A DNA stretch of 32,000 nucleotides. It comes from Bacteroidales bacterium (GTDB taxonomy: Bacteria; Bacteroidota; Bacteroidia; Bacteroidales; UBA12077). The position numbers and the translations under genes are program-made. Shown here one piece after another: positions 25,525 to 32,000 of this stretch. How positions within the stretch are numbered: the stretch's first letter is position 1; the number at the start of each line of letters is the position of its first letter. The notes under the pieces are model-generated. The model searched no databases. It was not told the DNA's origin and was given only the letters and a program-made list of their open reading frames with translations. Location: positions 111,085 to 143,084 of the forward strand of contig JAEINU010000002.1 of assembly GCA_016342685.1 (NCBI GenBank), in the 5' to 3' direction.

Positions 25525-26256
25525 CTATTTAGTAACTACAACATCATTAGCAATATAAACTATTTCAACTGTTGACAATTCACTTCTAAATCTTCCCGGC
25601 AATTTATCTTTCCCACTATAAGTCAACCTATAAGAACAACGATTACCATAAGTGTAATTTTTTGTTTCATTTCCAGGAATTGTAAACACATCTACATTAT
25701 TCTGCTTCTCTCTTTTAAAAATATAACTTGGATTATCAAAACAAGTCTTATCTTCCAATATAAACCTAATCCCTACAGGTTCTTCTCCTTTATTCCAATA
25801 AATAGAATAATCCTCACCTATATTAAATATCTTTGGATAAGAAATAGATTCTAAATCTATTTTAGGAGTAGTTAAAACAGCTTTCGCCATCTCTCCATTA
25901 GCCAATATAACTTCAAACGTATATTCTTTATTTGATGATATAGGAATATCTGCTTCGTATTTTTTTTCTAAAACAGAATTATCATAGTCCATCTTATTGC
26001 CATTTACCGTAACAAGAGCATTTTTTAATTCAAATTTCTTATAGTTTTTATCTCTCATAAAAACTTCAATTTTATCAGAAACTGTCCCATTGCTAGATAT
26101 TTCCTTTGTAATATTGAAACTTGCTCTTATCAAATTGAATTCAGTAATTTCAACCTCTTCCAAGGGTGAAGAACAACTTAATAGAAAAAAAATAAAATAT
26201 AAGTAAACGCTTATTCTTAATGTAAATTTAGTCAATTCCTTTTTCATTTTTTTCAT
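25525..26256 (-). CDS. Hypothetical lipoprotein
   Basis: Signal peptide with the lipobox FFLLS-C. I recognised no other motif. It lies between the two copies of the ligase 3' end. Confidence 0.55.
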   Translation of the reverse strand: MKKMKKELTKFTLRISVYLYFIFFLLSCSSPLEEVEITEFNLIRASFNITKEISSNGTVSDKIEVFMRDKNYKKFELKNALVTVNGNKMDYDNSVLEKKYEADIPISSNKEYTFEVILANGEMAKAVLTTPKIDLESISYPKIFNIGEDYSIYWNKGEEPVGIRFILEDKTCFDNPSYIFKREKQNNVDVFTIPGNETKNYTYGNRCSYRLTYSGKDKLPGRFRSELSTVEIVYIANDVVVTK

Positions 26257-26321
26257 CTTAGATTAATACCTTTTTTTTCTGCAACATTCAATTACTATGC
26301 CAAAAAATCACCACAACGGTT

Positions 26322-26645
26322 CGCAAAAATGAAGAGATTAAGTACAAAGGAACAACTTTATATCCGCCAGCATTATACGATATTTTAAATGATATGAAAC
26401 ATATAAAAAACTACATTATCGAAGTATCTACAAACCAAATTGGAACAGATGATATACTAATTCGTATTGCAACAAATGGTAATAAACCAGAGAATTTCGA
26501 GAAATATATTAAAGACCATTTTAGAGCAAAATTAAGAGTTGCGCCAACCATCCATTTTGAATCTAAAGAAGAAATTAACAAAGTTAAATTCCCTGAACTT
26601 AAACGTAAGCCGGTTGTGTTTATTGATAAGAGAAAGAAGAAATAA
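26322..26645 (+). pseudogene. Detached 3' fragment of a PaaK-family ligase gene (C-terminal subdomain only)
   Basis: It aligns codon for codon with 25047-25367 (RKNE[M/E]IKYKGTTLYPPALYDILNDM...KFPELKRKPVVFIDKRKK). Similarity starts at the hinge motif and stops at the stop codon. There is no upstream ligase sequence. The track ORF 26394..26645 is the part downstream of an internal Met. Confidence 0.85.
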
Positions 26646-26844
26646 GGAATCTGTCCAACATGTTGATTATTAACTGCTTGTCATATTTAATTTATTGAAA
26701 TACGAACAACTTTTCTGCTTTTTGAACAGCCCCCTTATTTGGTTTTATTTATTCCTACAATTAAGCATATGCAATAAACAAAAATTTAAATCATGTGTTA
26801 AGTTTTCATATAATATATTGTACATCAGTAAAAATATATCACAA

Positions 26845-27273
26845 ATGAAGAACTTACAAATAAAAACAAATCCCGAAGTTGAATCAGTATTTAATAATTA
26901 TCCAGAAATAGTTTGCAACAAAATATTACACCTTCAAAAGCTGATTATTGAAACAGCAAATGAAATTGAAGAAATAACTGATATTGAAGAAACCCTAAAG
27001 TGGGGAGAACCCAGTTATTTAACAAAAATCGGAAGCACCATCCGAATTGACTGGAAAGAGAATAAACCGAATCAATATGCGATGTATTTTAAGTGTACAA
27101 GTAAGTTAGTCCCAAGCTTTAAAATGATTTATAATGACTTATTTGAATTCGAAGGAACTCGGGCCATTGTTTTTCAGATGAATGACAAAATTCCTGAAAC
27201 TGAACTAAAAAACTGTATTCGTGCAGGTCTTACTTATCACAAAGTAAAACATTTACCTATGTTGGGATTATAG
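26845..27273 (+). CDS. DUF1801 (YdhG-like) domain protein
   Basis: ETLKWGEPSYL and the ~140 aa size fit DUF1801. I prefer the ATG at 26845 (MKNLQIK...) over the track start at 26695, whose 50-codon extension is Cys/Phe-rich and looks non-coding. Confidence 0.55.
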   Translation: MKNLQIKTNPEVESVFNNYPEIVCNKILHLQKLIIETANEIEEITDIEETLKWGEPSYLTKIGSTIRIDWKENKPNQYAMYFKCTSKLVPSFKMIYNDLFEFEGTRAIVFQMNDKIPETELKNCIRAGLTYHKVKHLPMLGL

Positions 27274-27366
27274 TAAAGTACCGTGTAAAAAATATCTTAA
27301 TGATTTCCAGAACTTAAATTCAAACCAGTTATCCTTTAAGAACAAAAGCAATACAACCTCTCCTAT

Positions 27367-28038
27367 TTAAAATCTTAGCCCTATTGATATAGTTACAGGA
27401 TAAAGCTCGTTTTCAAATTCCACATATTCATTTTCTTTTAAATCGTCCATATACTCTTTTACCTCATCTTTTCTGAAAGGATATAATACAGCAATAGACC
27501 AGCCTCCATTTCCATTCTTTGATTTAAAATCCAATCCAAAACCTACTGTTTCTCCATAAAAAAACTTATCAAAACTTGATTGATCTTTAATATAAATTAC
27601 AGCATTATATCCATACATACCTTGTATATACGGACAAACTCTAGAATCTGGTGCTAAACTTAATTTAACACCTACATTATAACCAAAACCTGCAAATGCA
27701 TATCCAAGACCTCCAAATACACCAATATGTTTATTCGGAGATAACAATAGATTCATACCAAGTCCACCGTAGTCTAAACCAAAACCGATTCCAAAGTTTG
27801 CAATTCCTGATTTTTTATCCTTAGATTTTTTACCATACTCAATACTACTTATTTCGGTTTTGTTTAGATGTGTTTGGGTTAATTTACTATTGTAATAATA
27901 AGTAAAACTAACAGCTAAACTATCTTCGCTTAATATTTTACACCTTATTTGATCACCATTAGTTCTTATTATCTTATCCTGTGAATAGGAATTAAAACAC
28001 ACGAATAGCAGCAGTGTAATTACAATAATTTTTCTCAT
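27367..28038 (-). CDS. Secreted protein with a probable outer-membrane beta-barrel C-terminal part
   Basis: Signal peptide MRKIIVITLLLFVCFNSYSQ. Gly/aromatic-rich alternating strands (NFGIGFGLDYGGLGMNLL, GVFGGLGYAFAGFGYNVGV) and a C-terminal ...ISIGLRF ending in Phe. Confidence 0.55.
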   Translation of the reverse strand: MRKIIVITLLLFVCFNSYSQDKIIRTNGDQIRCKILSEDSLAVSFTYYYNSKLTQTHLNKTEISSIEYGKKSKDKKSGIANFGIGFGLDYGGLGMNLLLSPNKHIGVFGGLGYAFAGFGYNVGVKLSLAPDSRVCPYIQGMYGYNAVIYIKDQSSFDKFFYGETVGFGLDFKSKNGNGGWSIAVLYPFRKDEVKEYMDDLKENEYVEFENELYPVTISIGLRF

Positions 28039-28105
28039 TTCTCATTTCTTAAATTCGAAAAACTAAATTACAATTAAAAACAAGATTTCAAATGGATTTT
28101 GATCC

Positions 28106-29332
28106 TTAATTATAGTTTTTAAAAACAAGTGTAGCATTATGCCCCCCAAATGCAAATGAGTTGCTTAAAACAACATCCAACTCTTTTTTACGAGCATTAT
28201 TAGGAACATAATCAAGATCCAATTCAACATCTGGTTCATCGTAGTTAATTGTTGGAGGAATTATTCCATCTTTAATTGCAAGAACACTTAAAACACCTTC
28301 AATTGCTCCTGCTGCACCAATTGTGTGTCCTGTCATTGATTTTGTTGAAGAAACCGGAATATTGTGAGCTTTTTCTCCGAAAACCTTTTTTATTGCCTGC
28401 GTCTCGTACATATCATTTAACATAGTAGAAGTTCCATGTGCATTTATGTAACTCACTGAATCTTTTGATATTCCTGCATTTGAAATAGCCAACTCCATTG
28501 TATCTGCCATTCCTTGCCCATCAGGTTTTGGAGCCATAATATTGTACGATTCATTGGTAAATGCGTAATCAACTAGCTCCGCATATATTTTAGCACCACG
28601 AGCTTTTGCCGATTCTTCCGATTCAAGAATCATCATTCCAGCACCTTCTCCTATTACAAATCCATCGCGATTTTTAGAAAATGGACAACTTGCTTTCTCT
28701 GGCGCATCATTTAAAACAGAAAGCGCATAAATCTCATTAAAACCGGCAATTTCTTCTTTATTAATTATAGAATCGGCACCACCAACAATCATCATATCTG
28801 CGCGACCAGATTTTATGTTATCGTACCCAAGAGCAATTGCAAATGCCGACGATGAACAAGCCGATGATGTTGTAAAATTTGGCCCTTCAATATTATATTT
28901 CATGCCAATCCATGCAGGCATAGCATTATTCATTCTTTTTAAAATCAAATTCTTTGCAGTTGTTCCTATTTCGCTCGAAGAATCACCGGTATTTACAACA
29001 CCTAGTATAACCCCTACTCGTTTTTTGTCAAGTTGATCAAAATCAATATTATGTTTTTCGATTGCCTCAACTGCGCACACATACGACATTTGTGTAACAC
29101 GAGTCATTTGCTTTGCAATACGTTTTTTGATAATAGATGTAGATTTTTCGGTAAATCCAGAAGGAAGTTCTGCAGCTATTTGAGTTTGATTTTCTGATGC
29201 ATCAAATAAAGAAATATTTTTAACGCCACTCTTCCCTTTTTTAATATTCTCCCATGTTTCTTCCCAATCCAGTCCTAATGCGGTTAGCATATTAAACCCT
29301 GTAACAACAACCTTCTTATTCATTATATCCAA
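28106..29332 (-). CDS. Beta-ketoacyl-ACP synthase II-like, catalytic residues present
   Basis: VVVTGFNMLTALG; Cys in TTSSACSSSAFAI; His motifs NAHGTSTMLND and GHTIGAAG; C-terminal FAFGGHNATLVF. Confidence 0.9.
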   Translation of the reverse strand: MDIMNKKVVVTGFNMLTALGLDWEETWENIKKGKSGVKNISLFDASENQTQIAAELPSGFTEKSTSIIKKRIAKQMTRVTQMSYVCAVEAIEKHNIDFDQLDKKRVGVILGVVNTGDSSSEIGTTAKNLILKRMNNAMPAWIGMKYNIEGPNFTTSSACSSSAFAIALGYDNIKSGRADMMIVGGADSIINKEEIAGFNEIYALSVLNDAPEKASCPFSKNRDGFVIGEGAGMMILESEESAKARGAKIYAELVDYAFTNESYNIMAPKPDGQGMADTMELAISNAGISKDSVSYINAHGTSTMLNDMYETQAIKKVFGEKAHNIPVSSTKSMTGHTIGAAGAIEGVLSVLAIKDGIIPPTINYDEPDVELDLDYVPNNARKKELDVVLSNSFAFGGHNATLVFKNYN

Positions 29333-29361
29333 ATTCCTTTTTATATTCTCGATTCAGAACC

Positions 29362-29369
29362 CAAAAGTA
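29362..29369 (-). promoter_or_regulatory. Candidate -7 promoter element (TACTTTTG) upstream of the KAS II-like gene
   Basis: The - strand matches TAnnTTTG about 29 nt upstream of the ATG at 29332. Confidence 0.25.
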
Positions 29370-29404
29370 ATAAAATATTTAGAAATTCGATTATTCATTT
29401 AATC

Positions 29405-30379
29405 TCAAATAATTAGTCCACAAAAATCGCTTAATGCAGCTTTAAAAAACTCTGGTTTAATATTAAATTCTGTAATATAATTCCTATAAATTATATCGAT
29501 TTCGGAAAGTAATTTATTCTTTATTTTTTTTGAATTATCGACACTTAGATTATCAACTTCTGCATTATCAATAAAGGGTCTTAATTCGTTCATTCTTATC
29601 TTTATTTCAAACAAGAGATTTTGAAACCTTTCTTTATCCTTATCCATATCTGAATAGTTAAGAACAGAATTATACATTGTTTGGTGTCCTACATGATCCA
29701 TCATTTCAAACAAACCAAAGTCGGGAATAATCGTTTTTGAAATTTCATCCATTTGAATAAATTCAATATTATGTGTTTTTGCTAATTCGAATGCCTTAAC
29801 CTGGATATCCAATAAAAATCGATTTAATAAAAATGCTTGCTTTTCATTCTGATTAAAGTTTATCTTATTTATGTTTGCTGAAAACTGTTCTAGAATTTCT
29901 GTCGAATTCTTCTCTGAGTTATCTGGTATTATTAATTCAACAATATTTTTAAATGCAACCGGATAAAAGAAATGCATCCCATAAACTGGAATTGTATTTG
30001 ACAGTTTCGAAGGAAAAATAGAAGATGAATTAGAGGTGAAAATACAATTCGGATTCACATATTTTTCGAGTTCTTTAAAAAGTTCTTTTTTCAAACTTTC
30101 TTCTTCTACAATGGATTCTATAATAAGATCACAACTTGATAAATCTGGCAAGTTATTCGTTAATACAAAACTCTTTTTATGATTGTATTGATCTTGATTA
30201 ATTAATTCATGTTTTAATTGACGAGTAATTCGTTTTTGAAATGATCTTTGCAGTTTTTCTTTCTCATCTTCAAAAAGAATAAACCAAGTTAAATTATATT
30301 CAAAATCAGACAGATAATTAAATATATCTGTTCCCATTTTTCCACTTCCAATAATCCCTACATTTTGAATCATCCTCAT
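29405..30379 (-). CDS. 3-hydroxyacyl-CoA dehydrogenase-family NAD-binding oxidoreductase
   Basis: Rossmann motif VGIIGSGKMG, plus IIESIVEEESLKKELF, TSNSSSI, GMHFFYPV and NRFLL. These follow the order of the HADH/Hbd family motifs. Confidence 0.8.
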   Translation of the reverse strand: MRMIQNVGIIGSGKMGTDIFNYLSDFEYNLTWFILFEDEKEKLQRSFQKRITRQLKHELINQDQYNHKKSFVLTNNLPDLSSCDLIIESIVEEESLKKELFKELEKYVNPNCIFTSNSSSIFPSKLSNTIPVYGMHFFYPVAFKNIVELIIPDNSEKNSTEILEQFSANINKINFNQNEKQAFLLNRFLLDIQVKAFELAKTHNIEFIQMDEISKTIIPDFGLFEMMDHVGHQTMYNSVLNYSDMDKDKERFQNLLFEIKIRMNELRPFIDNAEVDNLSVDNSKKIKNKLLSEIDIIYRNYITEFNIKPEFFKAALSDFCGLII

Positions 30380-30413
30380 ACTATTTGATGATAAAAATAC
30401 TAGAAGTTTAGTA

Positions 30414-30457
30414 ATAAAAAAAGCTACTCATACCAATTATCGGTAGAGTAGCTTTTC
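30414..30457 (-). terminator. Rho-independent terminator after the beta-barrel gene
   Basis: The - strand reads GAAAAGCTACTC-TACCGATAATTGGTAT-GAGTAGCTTTT followed by a T run (A run 30416-30422 on the + strand). It starts 27 nt after the stop at 30484. Confidence 0.75.
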
Positions 30458-30483
30458 AAATTAGCACTTTATATATACTAATA

Positions 30484-31134
30484 TTAAAAGAATCCAAATT
30501 TAAATGTTGCATTAAAACTAAGATCTGATAAATCTTCATCTTGTAAATAATACAAATCGGTTCCAGAAATTAATCTGTATGATGCACCAATATCTAATCT
30601 CATAAATTTAAACACATTAAGCTCAAGATTTACTCCTGGTTCTACAACAAAAGCTGCAGAATTTTCAATATCTTCATAATCATTATAGAAAAAATCTCCA
30701 TCATCTTCGTAAACATAAATGCTCGCTGCACCAACAACAACAGGAACAGTAAAATGAACTAGTTTGTTACTAAATAAAGTATATTCTAAAGATAATCCTC
30801 CATATCCCATTCCAATTCTTGCCGGTGTATTTGGATTTCCAGCATAATCGATATCAAAATTACTATTTGTTGTTAGACCATATCCTGCAATACCGATTGA
30901 AAATGAATTATTGAATGTAAAACCCATTTTTCCACCTACAAATAAAGACATATCCTCGTTTACATTTCCCACTTTAATTTCAGGGGCAATATAACCACCA
31001 GTAAATTTTAAATTTTCTTTAGTAAAGATTGTATTAATATCATCTTTCTTTTCTACAGTTTCTTCTTGTGCAAAACCCACTTGAACAAACAAAGCTAATA
31101 CTAGCAACGTAAATATTTTTTTCATAACCCTCAT
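30484..31134 (-). CDS. Outer-membrane beta-barrel protein (small porin-like)
   Basis: Signal peptide KKIFTLLVLALFVQVGFAQ. Alternating hydrophobic strands (GGKMGFTFNN, SIGIAGYGL, GMGYGGLSLEYTLF, RLDIGASYRL) and the C-terminal FNATFKFGFF. The Met at 31125 is an alternative start. Confidence 0.7.
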   Translation of the reverse strand: MRVMKKIFTLLVLALFVQVGFAQEETVEKKDDINTIFTKENLKFTGGYIAPEIKVGNVNEDMSLFVGGKMGFTFNNSFSIGIAGYGLTTNSNFDIDYAGNPNTPARIGMGYGGLSLEYTLFSNKLVHFTVPVVVGAASIYVYEDDGDFFYNDYEDIENSAAFVVEPGVNLELNVFKFMRLDIGASYRLISGTDLYYLQDEDLSDLSFNATFKFGFF

Positions 31135-31201
31135 TATTAGTTAATAAACAATTTTATACATATTAATTTTACATCTTTTCATTTGCATAAACTATGCCAA
31201 A

Positions 31202-32000
31202 CTAATAATATTTTAATACGTATCCAGCTTGCATAAACTTACTAACTTCAGTAACAAAACTCAAGATCAAATTGTTAGGATTTAATTTTTCTTCAGAAAT
31301 TATTTTATCGATAGAAATTAAGGCCATGGGAGGTCCTGCATAACCCATCGAAGACATTTTTGAATAAAGTGTATCGCGAGATATTCCCAGCTCATCACAC
31401 TCATCCATAATGAGCTCTGAAATATGTTTTGAGGGAAAATTAACTTGGAAATACTTTAACTCATTCAAATCAATTGGATATTTTTCAAGCATCCGTTTTA
31501 AACCTTTTAAAAACACACTACCGTCGGCGTCGTGAAAATGAGTTCTTAGTTGTTCGTTAAACATCTGACTTAAATGATGATATCCCAATTCATATTCCTC
31601 TTTTGGATTCATCCAATATGCAGGTCGTTTATTTAACATTGCGGATGGTTTCTTTCCTCCAATAGACTCCATATAGGTTTCTTCTACAAATAATCCATCC
31701 TCTTTTTTATCTGTTGCCTGAAGCAATAAAGCCCCTGCTCCATCGCTTAAAAAATATCTTAGAAATAATTCTTCTTTTTTTACAATGGCTTGATTATAAT
31801 ATTCGGCTCTTAACTCTGATGACGACATACTTGAAGAAATCACCAATGCATTTTTATAGCGTCCAGATTTTAAAAAATCACTAGCAACAAGTAAAGATTT
31901 ATATGCCGAAGTGCAATTTGCATGAATCGATAATTCTCCACATTGCTCTATTCCCAATTCTTCTTGAATTCGAACCGAAGCAGTAGGCATCTGATCTTGG
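31202..32000 (-). CDS. KAS III (FabH)-like thiolase-fold protein, N-terminus beyond the window
   Basis: The frame stays open past the listed Met (..QDQ-MPTASVRIQEELG). It aligns by eye to E. coli FabH from about residue 85: Cys in SIHANCTSAYK corresponds to AAACAGF, and FLSDGAGALLL to IFGDGAGAAVL. The C-terminal motifs diverge (see findings). Confidence 0.75.
   Translation of the reverse strand, partial: QDQMPTASVRIQEELGIEQCGELSIHANCTSAYKSLLVASDFLKSGRYKNALVISSSMSSSELRAEYYNQAIVKKEELFLRYFLSDGAGALLLQATDKKEDGLFVEETYMESIGGKKPSAMLNKRPAYWMNPKEEYELGYHHLSQMFNEQLRTHFHDADGSVFLKGLKRMLEKYPIDLNELKYFQVNFPSKHISELIMDECDELGISRDTLYSKMSSMGYAGPPMALISIDKIISEEKLNPNNLILSFVTEVSKFMQAGYVLKYY

Noticed and set aside
26394-26645. 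Treating the 83-aa ORF as an independent, intact gene.
   Set aside because: Nucleotide similarity to the ligase extends 72 bp upstream of its Met, in the same frame, and ends at the stop codon, so it is a gene fragment. Expression remains possible and is flagged in the findings.
26695-26844. A 50-codon N-terminal extension of the DUF1801 ORF given in the track.
   Set aside because: The extension (MKYEQLFCFLNSPLIWFYLFLQLSICNKQKF...) does not resemble a signal peptide or domain. The family is ~140 aa, and the ATG at 26845 gives a normal-length protein.
1038-29036. Short ORFs on the strand opposite long, motif-rich genes: 1038..1277, 4193..4384, 6128..6319, 9228..9431, 12018..12290, 13689..13907, 14988..15224, 15971..16177, 17463..17705, 24842..25120 and 28815..29036.
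   Set aside because: Each lies wholly inside a longer ORF with clear family motifs. Their translations are low-complexity or Cys/His/Phe-rich, with no recognisable motifs. These are typical shadow ORFs of AT-rich DNA.
31202-32000. Calling the KAS III-like gene darB (dialkylresorcinol condensing enzyme), and the neighbouring dehydrogenase darA.
   Set aside because: It is tempting because flexirubin clusters contain darAB. However, I cannot verify family membership from memory, the apparent loss of the catalytic Asn argues against a standard DarB, and the neighbour is HADH-like. No symbol was assigned.
1-32000. CRISPR arrays, tRNA/rRNA genes, IS elements, integrases and prophage genes.
   Set aside because: I saw no regularly spaced direct repeats, no cloverleaf-like intergenic sequence and no transposase or recombinase motifs in any listed ORF. 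The only repeats are the three families described above.

Overview
This is a low-GC chromosomal segment that looks like Bacteroidota; the taxon is inferred from gene content, lipoprotein signals and TAnnTTTG-type promoter motifs. Bases 1-19061 (+ strand) form a tightly packed block of the aryl-polyene (APE)/flexirubin type, with many overlapping gene junctions. It encodes an ABC-2 permease, a hotdog thioesterase, two complete ketosynthases each followed by a Cys-less KS-like partner, and an ACP. It also encodes a NodB deacetylase, a LolA-like carrier, a lipoprotein, a FabZ-like dehydratase and a GT2-DUF2062 fusion. The block ends with a 1287-aa MMPL exporter/acyltransferase/methyltransferase triple fusion, two CrtI-like flavoenzymes and a membrane-anchored C45 Ntn-hydrolase. 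A GxxExxY (PD-(D/E)XK) gene flanked by triple CACAAAG inverted repeats sits inside the block. Converging on it with no spacer is an nrdD-DUF2721-nrdG operon (- strand), led by a clear cobalamin riboswitch. Next come a TPR lipoprotein and a PaaK-family ligase. The last 321 bp of the ligase recur 1.27 kb downstream as a fragment that differs only at silent sites over its distal part, and the two copies bracket an orphan lipoprotein gene. The window ends with a DUF1801 gene and a second - strand lipid operon: KAS III-like, OM beta-barrel, 3-hydroxyacyl-CoA-dehydrogenase-family protein, KAS II, OM beta-barrel. Three copies of a ~70-bp palindromic intergenic repeat are present. I recognised no rRNA, tRNA, CRISPR array, transposase or integrase. 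All calls come from reading motifs by eye; no searches were run.
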